From a virus, in IMG/VR virus record IMGVR_UViG_3300027908_000027, positions 1 to 61,019 of that record: DNA of 61,019 nt; one strand, given 5' to 3'. The translations under genes were made by a program, and so were the position numbers. Every line of letters begins with the position of its first letter. Within the stretch, counting starts at the first letter, position 1. The notes under the pieces were generated by a model, which had not been told where the DNA came from, did no database searches, and saw nothing but the letters and a program-made list of their open reading frames with translations. Below are positions 13,216 through 22,523 of the stretch, one piece after another.

Positions 13216-13430
13216 TGGCTAAACTCTCCACCAAGAAGCGTGATGCGCTGCCGAAGCAGGACTTTGGCGAGCCTGGCAAGCGCGCCTATCCGATGCCGGA
13301 TAAATCTCACGCAGCCAATGCTAAGGCGCGCGCATCGCAGGCTGTAAACGCTGGCCGCATGTCCAAAAGCACTGAAGAGAAGATCGACGCCAAGGCTGAC
13401 CGCAAGCTTGGCAACGGTAAGAAGCGGTAG
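13215..13430 (+). CDS. Small basic protein (71 aa)
   Basis: Track ORF; KRAYPMPDKSHAANAKARASQ motif; TAATG overlap at the start. Confidence 0.6.
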   Translation: MAKLSTKKRDALPKQDFGEPGKRAYPMPDKSHAANAKARASQAVNAGRMSKSTEEKIDAKADRKLGNGKKR

Positions 13431-13433
13431 GTC

Positions 13434-13463
13434 CGCCGCTGGGTTTCAAACGGCGTTTTATTT
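13434..13463 (+). terminator. Weak terminator-like hairpin upstream of the packaging genes
   Basis: CGCCG (13434-13438) pairs with CGGCG (13451-13455) around a 12-nt loop, followed by TTTTATTT. The stem is short. Confidence 0.3.
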
Positions 13464-13479
13464 GACAGGAGTATTTTAA

Positions 13480-14004
13480 ATGGCTGGATGGACGACGCCG
13501 GGTTTCCCGAACCCCGGCCCCGCTACCGTGAATGGTGTGGCGCAGGTTGCGCCCGCCGGCACCTATCCGCAGCTGTCTGCGTTGGCTGAGATTTCGGCTG
13601 ACACTGAGCAGGGCGCTGGCGCTTACCCGCAGACTGTCGCGGCGTTTGCTGCGCAGATTGCGATGCTTGCGTGCGCGATGGTTCACAACACGCAGACCAG
13701 CACTGTGCATGCGGCCACAAGCAACACCTTTTCGGGTCAGGTTGTGACTGAGGCGCTGACCACTGCGGCTGGCGCGGTTTACACCTTCACGTTGACCAAC
13801 TCGCTGATTGCAGCCACGACGAATCTGGCGACGCCAGCGTATGCGAACATCGTGTTCGACATCCGCTCGCTCACCAACACGGTGCCAGGCATGACGCCGA
13901 CAAGCGCGACGGCTGGCGCTGGTTCGACGGTGCTGACGTTCACCAACAACGGCACAGCGGCGTTGAATGGCACGATGATCATTGGGTGGCATCTGGCTCC
14001 GTGA
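13480..14004 (+). CDS. Thr/Ala-rich beta-type protein in the slot normally held by the small terminase
   Basis: Track ORF with SD ACAGGAG. No HTH or oligomerisation helix recognisable. Function unknown. Confidence 0.6.
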   Translation: MAGWTTPGFPNPGPATVNGVAQVAPAGTYPQLSALAEISADTEQGAGAYPQTVAAFAAQIAMLACAMVHNTQTSTVHAATSNTFSGQVVTEALTTAAGAVYTFTLTNSLIAATTNLATPAYANIVFDIRSLTNTVPGMTPTSATAGAGSTVLTFTNNGTAALNGTMIIGWHLAP

Positions 14005-14111
14005 TGATATGGGGCCTCCTGATTGGTGCTGGAGCCGCTATGTGCTATACGCTAGGCTTTTTAGCGGGCGGCGCTCATGCTGCAGGTGGTAGGTGTCCGC
14101 CAAAGTCATAA
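14004..14111 (+). CDS. Possible hydrophobic micro-ORF (35 aa) bridging to terL
   Basis: ATG overlaps the upstream TGA (TGATG). MIWGLLIGAGAAMCYTLGFLAGGAHAAGGRCPPKS. Overlaps the terL GTG start. Confidence 0.25.
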   Translation: MIWGLLIGAGAAMCYTLGFLAGGAHAAGGRCPPKS

Positions 14112-15433
14112 CCCTGCCATTTTCGCCTCGCCCGTGGCAGGAGCCGTTGATTGAGTGCCAGAGCCGTTCGATTGTAGCGGTTGTCCACCGACGTGCAGGC
14201 AAGTCCACAGCGTTTGTGTGGCGCGGCCTGCGTAAGGCTTTGACTGAGGATAGGCGCCATATTCCAGCAGCGCGTCGTAACCTCAAGTCAGATCCACCGC
14301 GCGTGGTTCACGTGCTGCCTGCGCAGGTCATGTGGAAGCGCACGGGGCTTTGGGACAAGGTAACGCGGGCGGCTGAGACTATCCCCGGCGCCGTGGTGTT
14401 CAAGTCGGAAATGCGGGTGGTGCTGCCTAATGGGGGCATTTACCAGGCAGGCGGCATGGACAAGCCAGATTCCTGGCGCGGCGGCTATGCTGATGAGGTG
14501 ATTGAAGACGAGGCCGACGACGTTATCGCCACAGGGCTTGACATGGTTGTTGAGCCAATGCTGGCGGATTACGGTGGCTCGCGTGTCAAGATCGGCACGC
14601 CCAAGGGCAACGGGCGTCTGAAGAAGGCTTACGAGGACGCGTCGCCTGATTCGCGCTTCTTGCTGCCGTATCAGAAGACCAACGCGATACCCGCTGATGA
14701 GGTAGAAGAACTACGCCGCAAGCTGGACCCGGAAGAGTTCGCGCAAGAGCTGGAATGCTCGTTCACTGCGCCAAATTCCGGCTCATATTTCGGCAAATGG
14801 TTAGATGAGGCGCTCGCAGATGAGCGCATTTGCCGTGTGCTGTATGACCCGGCGCTGCCTGTTCATACGTGCTGGGATCTGGGCATTGATGACTCGACTG
14901 CCATTTGGTGGTTCCAGCGTTCGGCTGGCGGCGAATGGCGTTGGCTAGAGTATTACGAGGATGCCGGTCCAGGATTGGACGAATACGCGCGGATAGTTCT
15001 CAGCAAGCCATACATTTATGGCAGGCACTATCTGCCGCATGACGTTGAGAACCGCGAACTGACGTATCAAGGCAAGTCGCGTCGGCATTTCCTGAACGCG
15101 CACGGCATCAAGCCGGTGGTTGTGGTTCCGGCGGCTAATCCAGCCGATCGCATTCACGCAGCACGCACGATTATGCCGCGTGCGTGGTTCGACGCAGAGG
15201 GATGCCAGAAGGGGCTGGAATTGTTGAGGCTCTATCGGCGTCAATGGAACGAGACGATGGGCGTGTGGCGCGCTGAGCCCTTACATGATGGCGCTTCGCA
15301 TTGTGCGGATGCGTTTGGGACGGGTGTGCAGGGCTCGCGGAGCCCGGAGAACGACACGGGGCCGAAGCTTCCTGCGCTTTTGCCTCCTTTGAGGCATACG
15401 ACACGGCCTGGCGGCGCTTGGCTTGGACGGTAA
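14093..15433 (+). CDS. terL: Terminase large subunit
   Basis: AVVHRRAGKST (Walker A-like), YADEVIEDEADD (Walker B), nuclease-domain motifs WDLGIDDSTAIWWFQ and HYLPHD. Sits upstream of the portal gene. Confidence 0.85.
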   Translation: MSAKVITLPFSPRPWQEPLIECQSRSIVAVVHRRAGKSTAFVWRGLRKALTEDRRHIPAARRNLKSDPPRVVHVLPAQVMWKRTGLWDKVTRAAETIPGAVVFKSEMRVVLPNGGIYQAGGMDKPDSWRGGYADEVIEDEADDVIATGLDMVVEPMLADYGGSRVKIGTPKGNGRLKKAYEDASPDSRFLLPYQKTNAIPADEVEELRRKLDPEEFAQELECSFTAPNSGSYFGKWLDEALADERICRVLYDPALPVHTCWDLGIDDSTAIWWFQRSAGGEWRWLEYYEDAGPGLDEYARIVLSKPYIYGRHYLPHDVENRELTYQGKSRRHFLNAHGIKPVVVVPAANPADRIHAARTIMPRAWFDAEGCQKGLELLRLYRRQWNETMGVWRAEPLHDGASHCADAFGTGVQGSRSPENDTGPKLPALLPPLRHTTRPGGAWLGR

Positions 15434-15447
15434 CAGAGGAACTAGAG

Positions 15448-15618
15448 ATGCCAGAGACGCAGATTAGTCTGCATAATTTGCCGCTGGACGATCTCGAAGG
15501 TGTTTTGCTTTCGTGCCTGCTTGACGCGGGATTCCAGCTAGATTTGGCAGCCGCTGCTGCTAAGCAAATGGCAGCAGACCCTGATCTTCTAGAGGCCGTG
15601 CGGTCGGCGGCTAATTAG
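15448..15618 (+). CDS. Hypothetical acidic protein (56 aa)
   Basis: Met50 of track ORF 15301..15618; SD GAGGAA upstream. Confidence 0.45.
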   Translation: MPETQISLHNLPLDDLEGVLLSCLLDAGFQLDLAAAAAKQMAADPDLLEAVRSAAN

Positions 15619-15637
15619 TTAGTTTTTGGAGTAAAAC

Positions 15638-15865
15638 ATGGCAACCAAAGGTAGTCGTCCGGCTCAGCCGAATTACCCTGCGCGGGGCGGTGGAGACGGC
15701 ATGAAGACAGCGTGGCAGTCGCCTGCGAAGGGCCACAGCAGCGGTCAGAAGGCGCCTAAGTCGCCGCCCGCGAAGGGCGATGGCCTGAAGCAGGCGTGGG
15801 CTGATCAGACACGTCGGCCGAGCGAGCTGACGGATATGGCGGCTGCGAAGAAGAAGGTGCGGTGA
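15638..15865 (+). CDS. Small basic, low-complexity protein (75 aa)
   Basis: Track ORF, Lys/Pro/Gly-rich. Confidence 0.5.
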   Translation: MATKGSRPAQPNYPARGGGDGMKTAWQSPAKGHSSGQKAPKSPPAKGDGLKQAWADQTRRPSELTDMAAAKKKVR

Positions 15866-16347
15866 CATCTGGCGCAGGTGCCCGGATGGTCGAGCAGCCC
15901 ATGTCTGTGGCTCCTGTTTCCTCGGCGGCTCAGCTATTGGAGGAGGTTGCGCTTCGGCCGCCTCCGCTATTGGCTCAATACATGCAGCACTGGCTGGCGG
16001 TTGATGACGGGGAAGGAGCTGAGTTCTTAGTATGCTGGTATGATGCGTTGGCGGACCTCTGGTGGCCGCCGCTCAGTGCGGCGGAGTACACTCCGTCGGA
16101 GATGATTGAGGCAGGCTTCAGTTACCTTGGGCCTGCAGATTGGGCAACGGCTGAAGTGCTCAACGCTGCCTTTCGTGGGAAAGACGACATTATCCAGGCG
16201 CAGTATGCTGAGATTCAGGAGCTTCGGCGTCATTTGGATCTTGCGACTGAGGGCGTGAAGCACTGGATGCGTCTGGCTAATGCTGGTAGCGCGATCTCGT
16301 TCAGCGATGGGCGTGGTAGCAAGGTGGATGTGGGGACTGAGGTATGA
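15862..16347 (+). CDS. Hypothetical protein (161 aa)
   Basis: Track ORF; GTG overlaps the upstream TGA. Confidence 0.55.
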   Translation: MTSGAGARMVEQPMSVAPVSSAAQLLEEVALRPPPLLAQYMQHWLAVDDGEGAEFLVCWYDALADLWWPPLSAAEYTPSEMIEAGFSYLGPADWATAEVLNAAFRGKDDIIQAQYAEIQELRRHLDLATEGVKHWMRLANAGSAISFSDGRGSKVDVGTEV

Positions 16348-16535
16348 GCACGCTTGACCGTCAGCCGCGCAATGTGTCTCGCGACAAGCCATCGCCACTG
16401 TATGAGCGCCGCGTTGATCCGGGTGTGAACACGCTTACGCCGCAGCGTGTTGATCCGCCGTCGAAGCTCGCGCCAGCGCCGCCGCGCGGCGTGGATATGA
16501 CGGGGCCTGAAAAGCGGATGCCGGTTAAGCGGTAA
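16344..16535 (+). CDS. Hypothetical Pro-rich protein (63 aa)
   Basis: Track ORF; ATGA overlap. Confidence 0.45.
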   Translation: MSTLDRQPRNVSRDKPSPLYERRVDPGVNTLTPQRVDPPSKLAPAPPRGVDMTGPEKRMPVKR

Positions 16536-16538
16536 CCA

Positions 16539-18707
16539 GTGGCCGACGACGTTGACCTGACTGACAGCAGTAGCATTGACGCAACGGACCCGATTGTCCG
16601 TCGCGCGCATAAGCGTTTTCGTAAGTGCGAAGAGTGGGAATCGCAGGCTCGGCAGAACTGGGCAGAGGATTACAAGTTCGCGCACGGCGATGCGTACAAC
16701 AACTACCAGTGGCCGGCGGACGTTTACCAGGACCGTGGATCGCGCCCAAGCCTAACGGTGAATGAAACCCGTCAGCACAATCTGCACGTCATCAATGAGG
16801 CGCGGCAGAATAAGACGGAAGTGAAGTACCGCCCGACTGGCGGTGGATCGACGGAAGCGGCGGCTGAGGTTTACGAGGGGTTGTATCGTCATATAGCGAA
16901 CCACTCCAACGCGCAGATGGCGCAGATTCAGGCCGTTGGGTTTCAGGTGCAGGCTGGATTGGGTTGGACGGTCATTGAGGCCGATTACATCGCGCCAGCG
17001 CCTAAGCCTGGCCCGGATGCGTTCAACCAGGAGATCTACATTCGCGGGGTAGAAAACCCGATGAATGTCTACCTGGATTGTGATTGCACTGAGCTTGACG
17101 GCACAGGCGCTCGATATGGGTTCATCTTCGCTGATCGCCCGAAGGACGAGGTTGAGGAAGAATACCCTGAACTGAAGGGTAAGTTGGCAATTGCCAATGC
17201 GGTTGATGGCGAGGACGCGGGCTGGATTCGTGAAGACCACGTTCGCGAGGCTCGCTACTACGAGGTGACCGAGGATCGCGATGAGCTGCTAGGCGATGAT
17301 GTTGGCACAACGACTTATGCCAGTCAGGTGCCTCGCGAGCTGATTAAGCTGTGGGAAGAACAACATAAAGCCGCCGGCTCAATCCTCAAGCGCCGTCCGG
17401 TCATTCGCAAAGAGGTCAAGTGTCATCTGATTATCGGCAATGACGTTGTGAAGACGACGGATATTCCCGGCACGGCGGTGCCTATTGTGCCGTGGGTTGG
17501 TGAAGTTACGGTCATTGACAGGCAGATGGATCGCAAGGGCCATACGCGGGCGATGATCTCTGCTCAGCAGATGATCAACTATAACTGGTCCGCAGCCGTT
17601 GAGTATGGCGCGCTGCAAAGTAAGTCGCCGTGGGTGCTGCCAGTAGCGGCTACGGAGGGTGTTGAGCCGTACTGGGGCACCGCGAACGAGACGAACCACT
17701 CCTATTTGCCGTGGAAGCACCGGGACGACGAGGGAAATGATATTCCCCCTCCGCAAAAGGCGCAGCCGCCAGCGTCGTCACCTGTCTACCTCGAAGGCGT
17801 GCAAATGGCGCGCCAGTTTATGATGGTGTCGTCCGGCCAGTATGAAGCTGAGTTAGGCGAGCAAGGTAACGAGAAGTCCGGTAAGGCTATCAACGAACGT
17901 CAGCGGCAGGGCGATCGGGCCACTTACCACTTCATTGACAACCAGGGATTGGCGATTCGCCGTCAGGGCGCGATCATCAAGGACTGGATACCGGTTATTT
18001 ACGACACGCAGCGTGTTGCGAAGATTATTGACGTTGCCGGGGAAGAGGGTGAGGTCATGATTGACCCGGACTCGCCGGAAGCGCACCACGAAAGGCGCAT
18101 TCAGTCCGCTGTACAGCGGATATTTAACCCGAATGTGGGCACTTATGCCGTTGTTTCGGACATTGGACCGGATTACGCGACGCGACGCCAAGAGGCGTTC
18201 AACGCGATTATCCAGATCCTTACGCAGGCACCGCAGCTTATCCCGATAATCGGGGATCTCCTGTTTAAATCGGCTGATTTCCCGCAGGCTGAGGAGATTG
18301 CCGAACGGCTGAAACCGGGGATGGACCCTGAGCATGCTAAGAAGCTGATTGGGGACCTGCAGACACAGCTTCAGAAGCTGACCAAAGTGCAGGGCGAGAC
18401 CATGCAGGCGCTGGCGGAAGAGCGTCTGAAGGTGCGTAACGACAACAACGATCAGATCATTAAGGCGTTTGACGCCGACACGAAGCGTATGGCGGTGTTT
18501 AAGGATGCGCTGCAGTTGGACCCACAAGGTGCCTCGGCTGCGGTTCATGAGACGATCCGCCAGCTGCTGCAGGACAATCTAGGGCCGGCTGTGGCGCATC
18601 TGATGACGAGCCTACAGGCTCCGGCCAACGACGCGGGCGGCGGTGGGCCAGCGCAGGGCTTTGAGCCGGTGAAGGCGCCGGCAATTCAGACGGGGTTAGC
18701 GACATGA
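16539..18707 (+). CDS. Portal protein (P22 gp1-like)
   Basis: 722 aa (P22 gp1 is about 725 aa). ...RQNKTEVKYRPTGGGSTEAAAEVYEGLYRHI...GLGWTVIEADY parallels P22 gp1 ...[30 protein letters not shown]...GVGAWRLVTDY. Confidence 0.85.
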   Translation: MADDVDLTDSSSIDATDPIVRRAHKRFRKCEEWESQARQNWAEDYKFAHGDAYNNYQWPADVYQDRGSRPSLTVNETRQHNLHVINEARQNKTEVKYRPTGGGSTEAAAEVYEGLYRHIANHSNAQMAQIQAVGFQVQAGLGWTVIEADYIAPAPKPGPDAFNQEIYIRGVENPMNVYLDCDCTELDGTGARYGFIFADRPKDEVEEEYPELKGKLAIANAVDGEDAGWIREDHVREARYYEVTEDRDELLGDDVGTTTYASQVPRELIKLWEEQHKAAGSILKRRPVIRKEVKCHLIIGNDVVKTTDIPGTAVPIVPWVGEVTVIDRQMDRKGHTRAMISAQQMINYNWSAAVEYGALQSKSPWVLPVAATEGVEPYWGTANETNHSYLPWKHRDDEGNDIPPPQKAQPPASSPVYLEGVQMARQFMMVSSGQYEAELGEQGNEKSGKAINERQRQGDRATYHFIDNQGLAIRRQGAIIKDWIPVIYDTQRVAKIIDVAGEEGEVMIDPDSPEAHHERRIQSAVQRIFNPNVGTYAVVSDIGPDYATRRQEAFNAIIQILTQAPQLIPIIGDLLFKSADFPQAEEIAERLKPGMDPEHAKKLIGDLQTQLQKLTKVQGETMQALAEERLKVRNDNNDQIIKAFDADTKRMAVFKDALQLDPQGASAAVHETIRQLLQDNLGPAVAHLMTSLQAPANDAGGGGPAQGFEPVKAPAIQTGLAT

Positions 18708-18835
18708 AAAAGAAAGTCGAGATAGCCGCAATGCGGCGCGACATGCTGGAACGCAAGGGCGGCAAAGAGCGCGCGAAGGACCGTGAGGCGGACAAGGTTG
18801 TGCGTCGCATGTCCATGCCTAAGAAGGTGAAATGA
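18704..18835 (+). CDS. Small basic protein (43 aa)
   Basis: Hand translation MKKKVEIAAMRRDMLERKGGKEREKDREADKVVRRMSMPKKVK. ATGA overlaps at both ends. Confidence 0.35.
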   Translation: MKKKVEIAAMRRDMLERKGGKERAKDREADKVVRRMSMPKKVK

Positions 18836-19023
18836 ACGGCTTTCTGAAGATGCTGCACGCGAAGACCATTGAGCCTAGGAAGCGCTTGGTGGCTGGCCAA
18901 TATGGCTGGGCACATCATCGTTTCCCGATCAAGGGTGGCATTTCAATCCGTGACACTTGGCACCAAGATATTGCCATGAAGAGAAATTCGCTACTTGATA
19001 TGGTTGTGGTGAAGGCGTCGTGA
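18832..19023 (+). CDS. Hypothetical protein (63 aa)
   Basis: Track ORF coupled on both sides. Confidence 0.45.
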   Translation: MNGFLKMLHAKTIEPRKRLVAGQYGWAHHRFPIKGGISIRDTWHQDIAMKRNSLLDMVVVKAS

Positions 19024-19439
19024 GCCTCAAGGACGACCTAGCGAACGGCGTTGCTACGCCTCACATCCGTACCAAGCGGCTGGTTGAGCCTGCGCGGATG
19101 GGGCCGGGACTTAATGCGCATCGGCTAGTGGCGGAAACTGCCGTCAAGATCGCGCAGGAGTACTGGGAAGCCTACATGGGCGCGAACAACGAGCTGTATC
19201 GCTCGTTCATGAGCGCGCATCGCAATCAGAAGGAAGCCATGAAAACGTTCGTGGCTTTGGTTGCGCCGAACTGCCTGGAAGATGCGCGGTTAGCGCTGAC
19301 GGCGTGCTTGTCGAAGCCGGACGACGTGGTGCCCGTGAGCATGAAGGACGAGATTGCGGAGGCGCTGATTCTTGATGCGCCGCTGCGGGCCAACCGGAAG
19401 AAGGCGCCGGAGCATATGCCGTCTTCGCTGCTGCACTGA
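19020..19439 (+). CDS. Hypothetical head-module protein (139 aa)
   Basis: Track ORF; GTGA overlap at the start. Confidence 0.55.
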   Translation: MSLKDDLANGVATPHIRTKRLVEPARMGPGLNAHRLVAETAVKIAQEYWEAYMGANNELYRSFMSAHRNQKEAMKTFVALVAPNCLEDARLALTACLSKPDDVVPVSMKDEIAEALILDAPLRANRKKAPEHMPSSLLH

Positions 19440-19565
19440 CGAGCCAAGGAGGAACGCCGCTCGGATCTTCTGGTTTGTCCCGGAATCCATTCCAGGCGTG
19501 ACTGGCGGGAGAGGCCGCTATCGACACCGACCGGGGCGGTATCCCCGAGCGACTAAAGGAAGACC

Positions 19566-20354
19566 ATGAGCGAGACAACCGAGGCGCCCATTCCAGAGGC
19601 GCCAGAGCCCGCTACGCAGCCGATAGAAGCGCCGGCTACTACAGAACCGGTTCAGCAGACTGAGGCTGCTGAGGCGCCCGCTGAGACGCCGCAACCGGTA
19701 GCCGAAGAGCCGAAGAAGCCGAAGCCTGCGGATCGGCGTTTTGCGCATCTGTCAGCTAAGCTGGCATCGGAAGCGCAGCGCGCAGAGGAGGCTGAACGCC
19801 GGGCGGCAGCGGCAGAAGCGCTGCTACAGCAGCGTCAGGCGCCGGAAGGTGAAGCGCCTACGCCACGTCCACTGCCGCAGGGGGATTTGGAAGCTCGGGC
19901 TGCGCAGCTGGTTGCGGAGCGGGAGTTCAACCAGCGGCTGACGCAGATTGATGCGTCGGGCAAGAAGGACATCGGCGCTGAGGCATGGGAATCCGCCAAG
20001 CAGATCATGACTGGCTTGGGCGCTACCAAAAACGCGGCTTTTCTGGCGGCTCTGGCCGAAGCCGAAAACCCCGCGCAGATCTTTGCTGACCTGGCAGAAG
20101 ATACTGACACGCTGATTGAACTGCTCAACAAACCGCCGGCAGCTATGGCGGCACGGATTGGACGCATGGACGCAAAGTTGAGTCAGCCTAAGACGCCGGT
20201 TGTGTCGAAGGCGCCACCTCCTGCCCCCAAGGTGGGCGGCACGCAAGTTGTGCCGGAGCCTAGCGTTTATGACGAGAAGCTGAGTATGAGTGAGTGGGTG
20301 AAGCAGTTTGACAAGGAATACCCGCATTTGACGGGGCGTCGGCCGCTTAGGTAG
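19566..20354 (+). CDS. Scaffolding protein (by position and composition)
   Basis: Lies between the portal and coat genes. Acidic Pro/Glu/Ala N-terminus and long helical Ala/Glu/Arg/Gln segments. Confidence 0.6.
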   Translation: MSETTEAPIPEAPEPATQPIEAPATTEPVQQTEAAEAPAETPQPVAEEPKKPKPADRRFAHLSAKLASEAQRAEEAERRAAAAEALLQQRQAPEGEAPTPRPLPQGDLEARAAQLVAEREFNQRLTQIDASGKKDIGAEAWESAKQIMTGLGATKNAAFLAALAEAENPAQIFADLAEDTDTLIELLNKPPAAMAARIGRMDAKLSQPKTPVVSKAPPPAPKVGGTQVVPEPSVYDEKLSMSEWVKQFDKEYPHLTGRRPLR

Positions 20355-21069
20355 CGGTTGCGGCTTTGGCCGCTCTACGGCGTGCATGGGCTGCTCGTAT
20401 GGCATCGGCACGCTTTTGACGAACAACAGGATCTGCCCATGCGGCAGATCGCGAGGCTCGCTGTCTTTCTCGATATTCCGGATCTTCCCAGTTCGCGCGT
20501 TGGCTAGCTGATTGCGCTGCTCGATGTGCCGGATCGCGCCAGAGTTCTTTGAAGTGCCTGCCGACTGATTTGCGTACTTCTGGGGTAGATTTTGCCGCCT
20601 TTACTGCGGCGTCTCGTTGTGCTTTCCACGCCGGATCAAGATAAAGTGCTTTAGTGGCGGCGCTGCGTTGCGCGCGAAATTCTGGAGTCCACCGTTCTTT
20701 ATTGATGTCAGAAAGAAGAGCGCGTGTATCAGAGGACACGATGAGGCGCTCGTCGCCAGCTTCGTTGATGTTGTAAGGATCTTTAAGATTGCACAAAGCG
20801 GCGTGCTCAATCCGGGTCATCGCATCGGCCAGATCTGGAAGTGCTACGTGGCTTAGTTCTGTGTGGATAGCAAAGATGTAGGCGTCCTCACCAAATTGGT
20901 TCCAATCGCTTTGTAAGCGCCAGTTTCGATGCACGCCAAGACGTAAGGTGCGGCGATGGTTATACCATCTTTCTCGGAAGTTGTTTGTCTGCCCCACGTA
21001 AACTCGGCCGGTTACAGAGTTAGTAATCGTGTAAATGCCGGGAACGCTCAACAGGCTTCGTTTGCTCAT
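20347..21069 (-). CDS. GIY-YIG homing endonuclease, free-standing, antisense to the late operon
   Basis: GIYTITNSVTGRVYVGQTNNFRERWYNH is the GIY-X10-YVG motif plus the conserved Arg. The C-terminus is repetitive and basic (W/RDP..R..QS repeats). The patch is lower in GC. The 3' end overlaps the scaffold gene by 8 nt. Confidence 0.85.
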   Translation of the reverse strand: MSKRSLLSVPGIYTITNSVTGRVYVGQTNNFRERWYNHRRTLRLGVHRNWRLQSDWNQFGEDAYIFAIHTELSHVALPDLADAMTRIEHAALCNLKDPYNINEAGDERLIVSSDTRALLSDINKERWTPEFRAQRSAATKALYLDPAWKAQRDAAVKAAKSTPEVRKSVGRHFKELWRDPAHRAAQSASQRANWEDPEYRERQRASRSAAWADPVVRQKRADAIRAAHARRRAAKAATAT

Positions 21070-21268
21070 TTCTGCAGCCTAACAGAGCGTAGTAGTTTTG
21101 ACAATAGAAATGAGCGGTTCCGGCACCTAAACCGCGTGACGTGCCCAAAAGCTAGCGGCGTGCGACTAATATATTTCCGCCACGAGCTGTATTGCCTCTC
21201 CAAGGTCGAGAACTCAATGGAGTGAGACTAGAGGGGAAGTATTAAATACAGTATTAGGAAATATTAAC

Positions 21269-22477
21269 GTGGCTAATTCTCTCATCACTATTGACATGGT
21301 GACCCGTATTGCTGTAAGACTCTGGAAGAATACTAACGCTTTCATGAGAAATATTTCAACGCAATACGACGACCAATACGCCCGCACTGGCGCCAAGATT
21401 GGCTCGCAACTGCGTATTCGCCTCCCGGTGGACTTCGTTGTTGGCACTGGTCAGGCTGTATCCTTCCAGGATGTGTCCGAGCAGTTTACTACCCTGACGC
21501 TTGCCACGCAGAACAACGTCGGCATGTCGTTCCCGCAGATTGACCTCACATTGAAGGTTGATGACTTCGCTGAGCGCTACATTGCGCCAAGCGTGAACAA
21601 CCTCTGCGGTAAGGTCGCCGTGGGCGTTATGTCTGGCGCTGAGGGCGGCGTTTGCAACTACGTGGACAACGAGTCGGCCGGCGCGCTGATTTCTCCGTCC
21701 AACATCACGATCCTGACCGCAAATGCGATCCTGCACACGCAGTCGGCGCCCGCGCTGAACCACCGTCTGGTGGTGAATCCGTTCACCGATGCTCGTGTTG
21801 CCGGCTCCTTGGCTGGGCTGTTCAACCCGGCGACTGACATCAGCGAGCAGTATCGCTCGGGCTCGATGAAGAACGCGCTCGGCTTTGACTGGATGATGGA
21901 CCAGACGGTCATCATGCACACGTCGGGCACATTCTCGGCGGGTACTGTGTCGGGCGCTGGCCAGACTGGGACTACGATCACCACCAACGCCATCACCGGC
22001 ACGCTGACCGCAGGTGATATTATCACCTTTGCTGGCGTGAACGGCGTGAACCGGATTGAAAAGCAGTCCTATGGGCAGCTTCGTCAGTTTGTGGTTCTGG
22101 CGAACGTGGCGAGCGGCGGAACTTCCATCAGCATCTACCCGGCACTGATTCCGGCCGCTGCTGGTGGTGTGAACGTGCAGTACCAGACGGTGGACGTATC
22201 GCCAGCCAACAGCGCAGCAATTACACTGGTGTCGCCGGCTTCGACCACCTACCGCAAGAACATCGCCTTTGTGCCGGATACCGTCACGATGGCGACTGCG
22301 GATCTAGAAATTCCGCCGAACACTGAAGCGGCGCGTCATGAACTGGACGGCGTTTCGATGCTGATGACACGGCAGTACATCATCGGCACTGGCCAGACTG
22401 GCACCCGCTTGGATGTGGTTTGGGGGGCGTTGTGGGTCCGACCAGAGTGGGCCTGCGTGATCGCGGACGTAATCTGA
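21269..22477 (+). CDS. Major capsid (coat) protein, P22-coat-like
   Basis: 402 aa, downstream of the scaffold gene. N-terminus ITIDMVTRIAVRLWKNTNAFMRNISTQYDDQYARTGAKIGSQLRIRLP resembles the P22-coat-family N-arm. Followed by a strong terminator. Confidence 0.75.
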   Translation: MANSLITIDMVTRIAVRLWKNTNAFMRNISTQYDDQYARTGAKIGSQLRIRLPVDFVVGTGQAVSFQDVSEQFTTLTLATQNNVGMSFPQIDLTLKVDDFAERYIAPSVNNLCGKVAVGVMSGAEGGVCNYVDNESAGALISPSNITILTANAILHTQSAPALNHRLVVNPFTDARVAGSLAGLFNPATDISEQYRSGSMKNALGFDWMMDQTVIMHTSGTFSAGTVSGAGQTGTTITTNAITGTLTAGDIITFAGVNGVNRIEKQSYGQLRQFVVLANVASGGTSISIYPALIPAAAGGVNVQYQTVDVSPANSAAITLVSPASTTYRKNIAFVPDTVTMATADLEIPPNTEAARHELDGVSMLMTRQYIIGTGQTGTRLDVVWGALWVRPEWACVIADVI

Positions 22478-22484
22478 GGCTATT

Positions 22485-22514
22485 GGGGGCGGCTTCGGCC
22501 GTCCCCTTTCGTTT
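22485..22514 (+). terminator. Intrinsic terminator after the coat gene
   Basis: GGGGCGGC-uucg-GCCG(u)CCCC hairpin with a UUCG loop, followed by TTTCGTTT. Confidence 0.7.
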
Positions 22515-22523
22515 GGAGGCTTG

